Below, piece after piece: positions 29,350 to 45,337 of a stretch of DNA of 64,000 nt. Position numbers and translations under genes: made by a program. The notes beneath the pieces were generated by a model that ran no database searches, was not told where the DNA came from, and saw only the letters and a list, made by a program, of their open reading frames with translations. This DNA comes from the human T2T-CHM13v2.0 reference genome, Homo sapiens: the NCBI RefSeq assembly GCF_009914755.1, contig NC_060947.1. One strand, given 5' to 3'. Within the stretch, counting starts at the first letter, position 1, and each line of letters starts with the position of its first letter.

Positions 29350-30510
29350 TTTTAGCTTCATTTTTGGATGACACCCAACTTATCTGTCTAGCATGCCACT
29401 CTTTCCTGATTCAAGTCCTGAATTTCCAAATGCCTGTAATAACATCTCCATCAGTATGGTCCTAAACCTCAGTTTGGTCTTTGGCCACAACAACCTCATC
29501 ATCCTCTCCCCAAACAATCTGAGCCTGCCTAATTTTCTGGATTCTGTTGGTGGCCCTACTGTTCATCTAGTCTGAGTCATACTTGACTCTTTTCCTTCAC
29601 CTCAGTGGCCAAGTCTGTCAATTGTATCATCAAAAGGCCTTCCTTATACGCTTCTTCCTTTCTATGGCAACTGCCCCACTCTAACTCTACATATTGGAAT
29701 GTAAGAAAGCAAACACAATTTTATTGCAGGGATATCTGTATATTCTTTCTAATTTATAGCAAAGGGGAAAATTATTATAAGCTCTAGAAATAAGGTGGCA
29801 AAATAGATTATGTCTTGATTCTAAAGGAACTTTACATGATTCATAGTGACAAAATACTTGTAACGTATCCAGAGTTAATAAGGATTATCAATATATCATG
29901 ATAGTAAACTAACAGCTACTGAATCAGAGCTTGGCTCTAATATAGGATATTAATCTGAAATCTCCTAATAAGGTCTTGCCTTACAATCAGACATTGCAAT
30001 GATCTCCCCACTGGCTTTTTAGGTTCTGATTGCTCCAATATGCTCATTTTGGTTAGGTTTATCTTGCTCAAGTATCTACCTAAAATCTATCATTGCCTCC
30101 TGAATGTAGTCCAGATGCCTTTCCCTGGCTTCACAGTTTTACATTCCAGCTTTTTTTTTTTTTTCCGTGACTCCAATTCCTACTCTACACTAGTCAAACT
30201 CATTGTTTCCTGAGAAAGCCTTTCCCTTTTTCAACTCGCAATCTTTATGCATTCTGCTATTTCTAACTGGAGTTACCTTCTCTCAAATTTTATCACATCT
30301 TTCCTGACCTCAGCTTTTCATAGAGATTCCATCCTTCCTCTCTGCAAACCTGTATTTGTTCTTTTGTGTCATCAGCATCTTCTACCTTTTATGAGGGTCT
30401 TTTTGGGCAATTGTTTTATCCTTCCTGCTAGAAAAAGAAAACCATGTCTTACATTTATTTTGTATATTTGCAGTGCTCAGAATAGAGGTATTTGATGACT
30501 TATTGAGATG
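29350..30510 (+). mobile_element. L2, interrupted by a ~260-bp foreign segment at 29693-29956
   Basis: tttccaaatgcctgtaataacatctcca...cttgactctttttccttc...actgccccactcta, resuming with cattgcaatgatctccccactggc...ctagaaaaagaaaaccatgtctt. Confidence 0.55.
29693..29956 (+). repeat. ~260-bp diverged direct repeat, copy 1 (pairs with 37979-38245)
   Basis: Collinear, about 80-85% identical by eye; shared blocks tctaatttatagcaaaggggaaa and attcatagtgac.aaatacttgtaac. Confidence 0.93.
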
Positions 30511-30711
30511 GGTGGTCAGCTGGATTTTGGCAAGTTTCTTCCAGACTAACTTTGTTAGGGCTGTGAGGGAAAAAAACGCTGTGGCATGTTGATCGTTGTG
30601 GGAAAAATCAACAATAACAATAATGCAACAATATTAATAGTTATCATTTGTAAGTGTCTGCTAGATTGTCGGATACTTTCTAGGTGATTTTATATATATA
30701 ACCACCTAGAA

Positions 30712-30713
<2 letters not shown>

Positions 30714-30755
<42 letters not shown>
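30714..30755. repeat. (CA)n microsatellite
   Basis: Direct reading. Confidence 0.97.
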
Positions 30756-30757
<2 letters not shown>

Positions 30758-31419
30758 ATCCTTACTGCACGGCAAGGGATGCATTATATAAAGTAAACTG
30801 CCCCTCAGTCAAGAAGACCCCACCTCTCTCTGCCTTCTGCCAACCCTTTCTACAAACTTTAAAAGTTTGCCCAAATTTTACACCTGCATATCACTTGGTT
30901 TCAAGGATGATATACTCTTGGTCTACTATTATGCAAGGTCTGAAACCCTCTAGGTGTGCCTAAAGTTGGTTCTTCCAGCTTGACCCTTTTCACATCCTCT
31001 TCATGTGTACATGTTACTGGTCTCAACTTTTTTATACTCAGAAATGTGATAAAAGATTAATGTTAAAGATCAAGAGATATGTAAATATCAAGTATAATAA
31101 AATCAAGCAATCTACATGTGAAAAATTTTACTGGAGTGAAGAACATGGATAAATGTCAGTAAATAAAATTCCAAAATGTAACACCAAAGAGTGCTCTTCA
31201 GAAGATTTTTTACTAGATGTACAGTTGGATCACAAGCTTCCGGGCTAGAATGAGGTGATTGGGGCTCAAATGACAGCATTCTCAGTGTTGGCTACTGAGC
31301 AGTATTATTGGACTTCTGCTCAGGGGTTTTGGAAGTCACGTAGAAGTTGGGATCTAAACTTTCTATTTATTTATGTGCATTTTACTTTATGAATGTTGTG
31401 ATATAGGAGAAAAGAAGCC

Positions 31420-31580
31420 CTTAGGATTAGGCATGATTTGATTCCTGTTTCCACCTCTTGCTAGCTGTGTATTCTAGGGCAAGTTACCTAGCCTCTCTGA
31501 ACCTGAGTTTCTTCATCAATACAAAGAAGTTAACAGTACCTACCTGATGGCACTGTTGCCAGAGTAATGAAATATATAAC
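31420..31580 (+). mobile_element. MIR
   Basis: ctagctgtgtattctagggcaagttacctagcctctctgaacctgagtttcttcatc. Confidence 0.7.
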
Positions 31581-31626
31581 CATTGTCTATGGCTGTGTGA
31601 CTCACTGTCTTAAAAAAATCACCATT

Positions 31627-33954
31627 CAACAAAAACCATATGATTATTCCAGTAGGCACAGAAAAAGCTTTCATAAAATTCAACATTCTCTCATGATTAA
31701 AAACTTTCAACAACGAGGCAGAAAAATAACATACCACAATATAATAAAGGCCATATATGACAAATCCACTGCCAACATCATACTGAACAGGGAGAAGTTG
31801 AAAGCCTTTCCTCTAATAACGGGAACAAGACAAAGATGCCAACTATCAACCACTCTTATTCAACATAGAACTGGAAGTCCTAGCCAGAACAATCAGATAA
31901 GAGAAATAAAGAAAAGGCATCCAAACTGGAAAAGAGGAAGACAAATTTTCCCTCTTTGCTGACAATATGATATTGTATCTAGAAAAAAACTGAAGACTCC
32001 ACCACAAAACTCTTACATGTGACAAGTAAATTCAGTAAAATTGTAGGATAAAAAAAATCAATGTATAAAAAATAAATAGTGTTTCTATACACCAATAATG
32101 ATCTAGTTGAGAAAGAATCAAGAAGGCAATCCCACTTACAATAGCTACAAACGAGAAAATACCCAGGAATAAATTAACCAAGGAGGTGAAAGATCTCTGA
32201 AGGAAAATTACAAAACACCAATGAAAGAAGTTGAAGATGACGACACAAACAAATGGAAAAACATCCCATGCTGATCAGAAGAATTAACACTGTTAAAATG
32301 ACCATATTGCCCAAAGCAATCTACAGATTCAATGCAATCTCTATCAAACTACAAATGTTATTCCTCACAGAATTAGAAAGCAATCCTAAAATTCATATGG
32401 AACAAAAAAAAGAGCCAGAATACCCAAAGCAACACTGAACAAAGAGAACGAAGCTGGAGGCATCACGTTACTTGACTTCAAAATATATTACAAGGCTATA
32501 GTAAGCAAAACAGTATGGTATTGATGTAAAAGTAGACACACAGACCAATGGAACATAATAGAGAACCCATAAATAAAACCACATATTTACAGCTAACTAA
32601 TTTTTGATGAAGCCAACGTGAACTTACATTGGGGAAAGGACATTCTCTTTAATAAATAGTGTTGGGAAAACAGGATATCCACATACAGAAGAATGAAACT
32701 GGACTCCTATCTCTCACCATATATAAAAATCAACTCAAAATGGGTTAAAAACTTAAACACAAGACCTGAAACTATAAAAACACTAGAAGAAAATCAGGGA
32801 GAACGTTCCTGGATATTCGTCCAAGCAAAGAATTTATGACTAAGACCTCAAAAGAACTGGCAACAAAAGCAAAAACAGAAAAATGGGACTACATTAAACT
32901 ATAGTATAGCAAAGAAGAAAATCAACAAAGTGAAGAAACAACCTATTGAATGGGAGAAAATATTTGTAAACTATTCATCTGACAGGTGACTAATATCCAG
33001 AATGTACAAGGAAATCAAACCAACAGGAACAAAACCAAAAAAGTCCTATTTAAAAGTGGGCAAAGGATGTGAATAGAAATTTCTCAAAAGAAGATGTACA
33101 GATGGCCAACAGGTATATGAAAAAATGCTCAACGTCACTAGTCATCAGAGAAATGCAAATCAAAACCACAATGATAGGTCATCTTATCTCAGAATGGCTA
33201 TCATCAAAATGACAAAATGACAAATGCTGGCCAGAATGTGCAGAAAAGGCAAGTCTTATACATTGTTGGTGGGAATGTAAATTAGCATAGCCATTATGAA
33301 AAACAGTATGAAGTTTCCTCAAAAAACTAAAAATAGTACTACTAGATGATCTAGCAATCCCCCTATTGGGTATTCATCCAAAGGAAAGGAAATCATTATA
33401 TCAAAGAGATATCTGTACCCCCACGTTTACTGCAGCACTATTCCCAATAGCAAGAATGTAGCATCAACCTAAGTGTTCATCAGTGGATGAATGGATAAAG
33501 AAAATGTGGTATATATACACAATTGGATACTATTTGGCCATAAAAAAGAACAAAATACTGTCATTTGCAGCAACATGGATGGAACTGGAGGTCATTATGT
33601 TAATTGAAATAAGCCAGGCACAAAAAGACAAATATTGTGTGTTCTAATTTATGTGAGAACTAACAAATTTGATCACATGGAAATAGAGTGGAGAGATAGA
33701 TAACAGAAATTGGGAAGGGTGAGAGCAGGGGAGGGGAGGTATGAAGAGAACTGAGTTAAATTGTACAAACCTGGTAAGATAGAAGGAATAAATCCAATAT
33801 TTGATAGCAGAGCCGAGTGTCTATACTTAACAAAAATGTAGTGTAGTCAGGTGATAGATACCCTAAATACCCTGACTTGATCACTACACATTTTATACAA
33901 GTAACAAAATTTCTCCTGTACCTCATAAATTTGCACAAATAAGAAACACAAGTT
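31627..33954 (+). mobile_element. L1MA4-like, 5' truncated
   Basis: ORF2 remnants ([25 protein letters not shown]; [16 protein letters not shown]); L1MA 3' UTR; TSD aaaaatca(c/t)catt at 31614-31626 and 33955-33967. Confidence 0.9.
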
Positions 33955-34336
33955 AAAAATCATCATTTATTATTATTCACAAGTCTAAGGTTAGTCAAGT
34001 AGTTCTACTGATTTGGACCAGGCTTGGCTGATGTTGACTGGACTCACTTGTGCATCTGCTATTGGCTGGCAGGTCAGCTGGGGCAGGCTTGTCTAGGATG
34101 GCCTAATTCACATGTCTGGTGGCTAGCCAGCTGTTGGTTGAGATAAGAGAGTTGGCCCAGTCACATGCTTCTTGCCTTCCAGCATCCTAGCTTGAGCTTG
34201 TTTATATGGAGGTGGAATAGGATACCAAGAGGGCTAGCTAGAGCAAGTCAGAATGCCAGTCTAGGTTCAAGGGTGAGGGATATAGACTACATCTCTGTTT
34301 TGTTTGTTTGTTTGAGAATCCACTTTAATCAAAACC

Positions 34337-34972
34337 TTTTATTTATTTATTTGTTTTTAACTTTTAGGTTCAGGGTTGTAGGTTTGATGTATAGGTAAAT
34401 TGTATGTCACAAGAGTTTAGCATACAGATTATTTTGTCACCCAGGTAATAAGCGTAGTACCCCACAGGTAGTTTTTAGATCTTCACCTTCCTCCCGCCCT
34501 CTACCCTCAAGTACACCCCAGTGTCTTTTCCCTGCTTTGTGTTCACGTGTACTCAATGTTTAGCTTCCATTTATAAGTGAGAACGTGTGGTATTTGGTTT
34601 TCTGTCCCTGTGTTAGTTTGCTCAGGATAATGGCCTCCAGCTTCACCCATGTTGTTGCAGAGGACATGATCTCATTATTTTTATGGCTGTGTAGTATTCC
34701 GTGGTGTATATGTACCACATTCTCTTTATCCAGTCTACCTTTGATGGGCATTTAGGTTGGTTCCATGTCTTTGGTATTGTAAATAGTGCTGTGATTAACA
34801 TACACATGCATGTGTCTTTATGGTAGAATGATTTCTTTTCTATTGGGTATATACCCAATAATGGGATTGCTGCGTTGAGTGATAATTCTGCTTTAAGTTC
34901 TTTGAGAAATTGCCAAACTGCTTTCCACAATGGCTGAACTAATTTACAGTCCCACTAGCAGTGTATAAGCAT
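34337..34972 (-). mobile_element. L1PA15/16-like 3' end
   Basis: gtataggtaaattgtatgtcac...acagattattttgtcacccaggtaataagc 3' UTR; ORF 34643-34930 is the ORF2 C-terminus. Confidence 0.88.
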
Positions 34973-35049
34973 TTGATACCAAAATGTAATAAAACACATT
35001 TAGCTATTTTCTTGTTTGCCATGGATATGTTTTTGATATTTGTGGTTAA

Positions 35050-36765
35050 TTTTTTTTTCAATGGCTTCTGGGGAACAAGTGGGTTTTTGTTACATGGATG
35101 AATGGTACACTGGTGAAGTCTGAGATTTTAGTGCACCCATCACCCGAGTAGTGTACGTTGTACCCAATATGTAGTATTTTTCTATCACTCACTCCCCTCC
35201 CAACATCCCCTCTTCTGAATCTCCAAAGTCCATTATATTTCTCCATATGCCTCCACGTACCCATAGCTTAGCTCCCACTTACAAATGAGAACATACACTA
35301 TTTGATTTTCCATTATATTTTATATATGCCAATATATATTCCATTATATAATATTGTATAAGCGAGTTACCTCACTCATAATAATGGCCACCAACTCCAT
35401 CCAAGTTGCTGCAAAAAACGTTATTTTATTCCTTTTTATGGCCGAGAGTATTCCATGGTGTATATATACCACATTTTCTTTATCCACTCACGCTCATTGA
35501 TTAATGGGCACTTAAGCTGGTTCCCTATCTTTGCAATTGTGAATCGTGCTGTGATAAACATATTTGTGCAGGTGTCTTGATGATATAATGACTTCTTTTC
35601 CTTTGGGTAGATGCCCAGTAGTGGGATTACTGAATCGAATGATAGATCTACTTTTAGTTCTTTGAGAAATCTCCATACTATTTTCCACAGAGGTTGTACT
35701 AATTTACCTTCCCACCAACAGTGTATAAGCATTCCCTTTTTACCACATCCACACAAACATCAATTGTTTTCTGACTTTATAATAATGGCCATTGTGTCTG
35801 GGGTAAGGTGGTATCTCATGGTGGTTTTAATTTTTATTTATCTGACGATTAGTAATGCTGAGCATTTTTTTGTATGTTTGTTGGCCATTTGTATATCTTC
35901 TTTTGAGAACTGTCTATTCATGTCATTTGCCCACTTTTTGATGAAATTATTTGGGTTTCTTCTTGCTGCTTTGTTTGAGTTCCTTGTAGGTTCTGGATAT
36001 TAGTCCTTTGTTGATGCATAATTTGCAAATATTTTCTCCTATTCTATGGGTTGCATGTTTACTCTGATGATTATTTCCTTTGTTGTGTATAAGCTTTTGC
36101 ATTTAATTAGGTCCCATTTATTTATTTATTTTTGTTTTTGTTGTATTTGCTTTTGGGGTCTTAGTCACAAATTATTTTCCTAGGCCAATGTCCAGATTAG
36201 TTTTTTTCTAGGCTTTCTTCTAGAATTTTTATAGTTTCAAGTCTTAGCTTTAAGTCTTTAATACATCTTGAGTTGATTTTCATATATGGTGAGAGATAGG
36301 GATCCAGTTTCATTCTTCTACATGTGGCTTTCCAGTTTTCTCAGCACCATTTATTGAATAGTGTATCCTTTCCCAAATTTATGTTTTTGTGTGCTTTGTC
36401 TAAGGTCAGTTGGTTGTAACTATTTGGATTTATTTCTGGATTCTCTATTCTGTTCCATTGGTCAGTGTGTCTACTTTTATACAAATACCATGCTGTTTTG
36501 GTTAGTATAGACTTGTAGTATAATTTCAAGTCAGGTAATGTGATGCCTCTAGATTTGTTCTTTTTTGCTCTGTATCGCTTTGGTTATTCTGGCTCTTCTT
36601 AAATTCCACATGAATTTTAGGATTTCTTTTCTAATTCTGTGAAAAATTGTGTTGGTATTTTGATAGGGATTGCACTAAATCTGTAGGTTTCTTTGAGCAG
36701 CATGGACATTTTCATGACATTGATTCTTTCAATCCATGAGTATGGGATATATTTCCATTTGTGTC
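35050..36765 (-). mobile_element. L1PB3/4-like, 5' truncated
   Basis: 3' UTR ttacatggatgaatggtacactggtgaagtctgagattttagtgcacccatcaccc; ORFs 35436-35756 and 36341-36529 are ORF2 remnants. Confidence 0.9.
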
Positions 36766-36871
36766 ATAGACTCCACTTCTTGATGGAAGGAACTTCAGTC
36801 ACATTGTAAAGGTGTATGGATACAGAAGGGGTGGAAAACTGTGGCTATTTTTGCAATCTATCCCACGACTG

Positions 36872-37570
36872 CCTTGAAAAATTGTTTATCAGTATTTTCT
36901 AAAACTGAGCACATGCATTCCCTTTGACCCAGCAACAGCATTGCTAGATATATACCAAAAAGATGCATTCATATGTGATAAAAATATATAGTATGAAAAA
37001 TACGCAGTATTTTTCTATCACTCACTCCCCTCCCAACATCCCCTCTTCTGAATCTCCAGAGTCCATTATATTTCTCCATATGCCATTCCCTTTGATCCAT
37101 ATTTGGGACTGTTCATAATAGTCCCAAATTGCAAACTACCCAAATGCCCATTAACATCCCTATTTTGGACAGATAAATACATTTTAGTATTTTCACACAA
37201 TGGAATACTATGTGCAATGAGAATGAACAATCTACAACTATGTCCAACAATATGGATGAATCTTACAAGCTTAGTAAAGAAACAGACACAGAGGAGTACA
37301 TATTTTCTAAATTAATTTACATAAACGTTTAAAACAGGCAAAATAAACCTATTCTATTAGAAACCAGGATAGTGATTACCCTTGGGATGAAAAGGATTGG
37401 AAATGGTTACAAGGTCAAGGGAGGATTTCAAGGGGGCTGTTCATGTTCTGTTTCTTGATCTAGGCGCTTATTGCACAGACATGTTCAGTTTGTGGAAATT
37501 CATTGAGCTATACTCTCATTAGTTAAGCAATTTTCCGTATGCATGTTTTATACCAATTAAAACATTTGTG
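36872..37570 (+). mobile_element. Old L1M (L1MC/ME-like) 3' end, interrupted at ~36990-37100
   Basis: ctttgacccagcaacagcattgctagatatatacc...caaatgcccattaac...atggatgaatcttaca...aaacaggcaaaataaacctat. Confidence 0.8.
37006..37084 (+). repeat. 79-bp direct repeat, derived copy of 35173-35251
   Basis: 78/79 identical; offset 1833 bp. Confidence 0.97.
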
Positions 37571-37978
37571 AAATACAGCACATTTGAAAGTACTTATTCA
37601 TAGCAGCCTCTCAAATATTTATCTTTCCCCTTCACATTCCCAAAGGAGAGTATATGTATACTAACAATTTCCATTGTTATAGTTGAGCAGGAAACAATGT
37701 ATCCTTCATGTGAATAGGATACCCAAAGATAATTTAAAATGGACACCACATCAGCTAAAATCTTGTATTTTTAAAGTATCCATCCGGCCTGAGACATGAT
37801 TTTGGCATTCAAAGGACTGAATCTGGTATAACAGCTGGGTTGTATACCATCTGGACAGAGTGTCTCAGCTGTCTTTAATCTTTTTTTCCACCTGTTTAGA
37901 TCAAAGAACTTAAGGTTATATCCAATTTTCAGGTCAATAGCTTTATCTTCATTACTTTTTCTTCACTCAGAAAAACCG

Positions 37979-38245
37979 ATTGGAATGTAAAAAAGCAACC
38001 ATAACTTTATTGCAAGGGTAACTGTGTATTCTCTCTAATTTATAGCAAAGGGGAAAGTTATTACAAACTCCGGAGATAAATAGTGAAACAGACAGATTAT
38101 GTCTCAATTCTAAAGGAAATTTACATCATTCATAGTGACTAAATACTTGTAACATATCCACAGTTAAGAAGGATAACCAGTGTATTATGACAGTAAGTGA
38201 ACAACTGCTAAATCAGAGCATGGCACTAATATAGTTTGTTAACCT
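37979..38245 (+). repeat. ~260-bp diverged direct repeat, copy 2 (pairs with 29693-29956)
   Basis: See copy 1. Confidence 0.93.
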
Positions 38246-38630
38246 ATATAGGGCTGAGTTTTGCTGTGTTAAAAATTATTCTCCAAATTCAGAGGCATAA
38301 AGCAACGAAGGTTTGTTTCCTGTTTTCGCTGCATGTTGACTGAGAGTGAGCTGGGAATTTTGTTTCACCTTACCTTCAATCTCGGGCCAACTTCGATCTG
38401 GAACGTTTTGTATCATCACGGTAGAGGGACAGAAAACATGGCAGACCACACACTCACTCTTAAAGTTTCCACCTGAAAGTGACACATGTAATTGCTGCTC
38501 ATTTTTCACTGGCCAAAGCTAGTTGTGTGGCCACACCTAGCTTCAGGTGGGTAGTGTAGTTATATCTTACCATGTGTCCAGAAGAAGAGAGAGCCAGACT
38601 AATGATGAACAGCCTTAGTGACTACCATAT
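38246..38630 (-). mobile_element. MaLR solo LTR, MLT1 (I/J-like)
   Basis: aaattcagaggcataaagcaacgaaggttt...cactggccaaagctagttgtgtggccacacctagcttca...tagtgactaccata. Confidence 0.75.
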
Positions 38631-39155
38631 ATCGTCAATTTGCAGGTCTTAAAATAGCTTTATTTAGTTTTTGGTCATAAGGTATACCTTGATTCCTACC
38701 CTAGCTACCCTGAAGTATGTATTGATAATCACAAGAAAGCCTGAAAACTAGAACATAAATTAGTATAAATCTATCTCTGTATTATTTGTAAGACTTTAGA
38801 ACTGGAAAATACCTTCCATAACTATCTAGTTTAAGCCGCTTATATTAAAGTTAGAGAAATTGTAACTCATAGGTGATGTGCTTCAAGTCAAAGTGGTATT
38901 TATGATAAAACCAGAAATAAGTTCAATATTTTAAATTCAAAGTAACAGCCTTGTATGTAAATGAAAGAAACTGCATATTGTAATAGTGTCTCAAGCATCT
39001 ATAATTTGGGGCAATATTCAGTCTTTGTTCACTCAGTAAATATTTGTTCAACACTTACAGGCACTGAATTAGATCCTGTAAAAAAATAAAAGATGAAATA
39101 GCTATAGAATCTTTACTCAAAGAGAGGCAGAGTCTGGTAGAATCAGCCAAGGAAT

Positions 39156-39158
<3 letters not shown>

Positions 39159-39197
<39 letters not shown>

Positions 39198-39212
39198 GAC
39201 AGACAGACAGAC
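39159..39212. repeat. (CA)n(CAGA)n compound microsatellite
   Basis: Direct reading. Confidence 0.95.
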
Positions 39213-40348
39213 AAAGGAAATAGCAAAGGAATCATTTTCCCCTCCACAAGATGAACTGTAAATGATAACTGGTCAAGAGTTGATATGCAATGAAATCTAG
39301 AAATACTAGCTAGTATCAGTTGATTTCCTTCTGTGCACCAAGCACTGTGAAGACTTCGTAGTTCCACTTTACAGAGTGATTTAGAAAGCATTGGCATTTT
39401 TATTATATCGATCTCCCGTCCATTTTTAAGGGGTTTTTTTTTGCCATTGTATGGTATTTTCTAAATTTATCCAAAAGGGGCCTGAATATGCATCACTGAA
39501 TTTATTCCCAGGCATCTTACAGCATTTTGTTTTTGAACAAAATATGTATATACATTCTCTAATTGATTACTGCTAATGTGTAGCAAATATGTTGATTTTG
39601 ATGTGATGTTTTTGTATCTAGCAATCTTGCTTAATTTCTATATTAGTTCTAATAATGGCTTGTTGATTATTCTGGATTTTTCAGAATGGTCATATCATCT
39701 ACAAATTAGAATCAGTTATCTCCTCCTTTCTAATTCTCACAGCTAATTTTTTTCCCCTTTTCTAATATTATTTCATTGGCTAGGACCCTGATCAAATGCT
39801 TAGTAACAGTGAGAACAGAGTTACTAGTTTTGTTCTTGAATTTAATGGATAATTAAGATTTCACCATGAAATATTATTTAATATAGGCTTTTTAGAAGAT
39901 TATTTTTGATGTCAGTGAAGGTTCTCTTTTTTCAAATTTTTTAATAATTTTATCTTGGATGGGTGTTGAATTTTTTCAAGTGTTTTCTTTTTGTTTCTGT
40001 CCGGAGAGTCAAATGTTTTCTCTCACATAAGTTGTTTATGTGATTATTAGATCAGTGTACTTTTCTGTCATTTTATTAGTCTTGCATTCCCGAGTGTAAA
40101 CAAACTCTACTAAAGTTGATGTATTAATTTTGAATGTCACTGTTGGATTTGATATATGGATATTTTATTTAGAACTCTTCTTTAAAAAAATCTATGTGCA
40201 TCTGCATTTGTACTTTTTTTTTCTTGTGTTATCTTTGGTTTCAATGTCAAGTTAATATCAACTTTGTAAAATGAGTTTGACAGCTTTCTTTTCTTACTAG
40301 CATCTGAAGCACTCTCTCTCTCCCCTCCTCTCTCAGATAGAGAGATAC

Positions 40349-40392
40349 ATAGATAGATAGATAGATAGATAGATGAATAGATAGATAGATAG
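40349..40392. repeat. (GATA)n tetranucleotide STR
   Basis: agatagat... with one gaat interruption. Confidence 0.93.
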
Positions 40393-40554
40393 AATGGGAT
40401 CTATTCTTTGAAAATTTTGTAAATTTGGCCTATAACAGTCATTTCACCTAACATCTATTAAGGTAAGAGGGATATTTTTAAACACTTAACTGATTTCTTC
40501 AAGGGTTATTGTTTATCCAGGTTTTATATTTCTTCTTGCGTCAATTTTATTTAA

Positions 40555-40790
40555 TGTAGCAGCCAAAGTAGACTAACTTCTGTGCCAACTAATTTTCCAA
40601 TCCCAGTTGCTTAATACAAGAAAAGTTTATTTTTCATGCATGTTACAGTCCAATGTGGGTAGGTATAATAGTATCAATGGGTTGAAGGTTACCTCTGTAA
40701 CCATGATCACTCAGGGACTGAGAATTCTTTTATATTGTACCTTCATCTAGTTCCAGGCCCATGGATGATAAAGGAGTGTGACAATCATCT
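40555..40790 (-). mobile_element. MLT1-like LTR fragment, cut off by the L1PA3
   Basis: aatcccagttgcttaatacaagaaaagtttattt...cagtccaatgtggg...tcactcagggact. Confidence 0.5.
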
Positions 40791-40799
40791 TTGGAAGAA

Positions 40800-43820
<3,021 letters not shown>

Positions 43821-45084
43821 ACAATAATTATATTTTTCTGGACAATTTCCATTACATCTATATTTATTGGCATGAATTCATTCATTGAATTCTTTGATTT
43901 TTATAAATATTATATTTTTTGTTATGTGATTATAATAGAATTTATTAGTATAGTCTCTATTTTTCAGTCTTGCTAGAGGCTTCTTTGTTCTGTTAATTTC
44001 TTTCATAAAACTAAGCTTTTGTTTTGTTGAATCTTTCTATTGTTTATTTTCTATTCTGAATTTCTACGCTATCTTTGTTATTTTTGTTTCTGTTTTCCTG
44101 GGTTTACTCTCTTGTTCATTTTCTAGTTCCCGAGGGTCTTTTGTTGATTTTGAATCCTCAATGTTTCAAAAAGCTCTCTTTTTTTCATAATTTCCATTAC
44201 ACTTTTTTTCTCATTTGTACCACTAGTAGTACTAAAGAAAGCTCCCAAACGTTCACAACAGGGAGATATCCTTGCCTAACACAAGGAAGATAAACTGTGG
44301 AGCAACTTGTGCTAACAATAATAGCAAAAGGCCTATGATTCCCAAACAAACTTACTGTACCTTAATCCCAGGAATTTATCAGTGTGGATAGCAAAAACAG
44401 TAAAATTAAACCAGAAATTAAAAGTAACCCAAAGTACACAATCTTAATGACATCACATGTTTCCTTTACTATACTCAATAGGAGCATCACGCAAGACACT
44501 CATTTCCAAGCAGTTATTTCTTCTTGTTTACGTGAACATCAAACATAAAATAACTGCATCTAAATTATACTTTAGTTTTTTTGTTTACAACTAGGTTGTG
44601 CATATAGCATGTCCACATTCACAGAAATTTAGAAGCACTGTTTAAATTGTTTTGCCAAAAGCACAAGATACAAAAACAACACATTCAAGAACAACTCTAG
44701 TTGTATAGAAATATACAATAAATGTGCTGAGTCATTACATAGAGAAGAAGGTGGGGCAGTTGAAAAATATAGCATAGAAATGGAATTAGTCTTGGAAGGG
44801 CTTCACGGAAGAGAGAATCTGGAAGACAAGAATGTGCATGTTGGCAAGGGTTATGTAGGAGTGAATAGTTGGAAGTTGGGGATGCTTTGTGAAAACTTTG
44901 GCAGTAGAGGCCATGATCTTACTCATATTTGCATTTATTCATAGTGGTCTTGGCTCTTAGAAGATGTTTTGAGTGTTAATGGTGTTTAATTAAAAAAATT
45001 TAGAACTGAGGAATGTAAAGCATCTGTGTGGTCAATTCTGAAAAAATTTTTAAAGTTAACATATATGGTCAGAACTTTGACATC

Positions 45085-45200
45085 ATAGAATTTTGAGAAG
45101 TTATACATGTTAGACCTGGAAAAGAATCTAGGAGTAGTAGAGTCCAGCCCCTTATTTCACAATTGAGGAAACTGAGGCTTCTAAATGCAAAATGTAGTTT
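45085..45200 (-). mobile_element. MIR fragment
   Basis: gtccagccccttatttcacaattgaggaaactgaggc. Confidence 0.55.
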
Positions 45201-45337
45201 TCATGGTACCTTAAATATACCAATTAAAATCAGTAGCTACTAATTAGTAGCTTTTAGACCTCTTGGGCCATTTTGTAGTTATGATAGTTTTGTATAGATC
45301 CATATTTGATGTATATTTGGAAAGCCTACTCAAGGTT

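Larger units (their letters stand above)
31582..36868 (-). mobile_element. MLT1F/G-like LTR split in three (31582-31626, 33955-34296, 36766-36868) by L1 insertions
   Basis: LTR sequence resumes after each L1 at TSDs; ends atagactccacttcttgatggaagg...tttttgcaatctatcccac. Confidence 0.7.
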
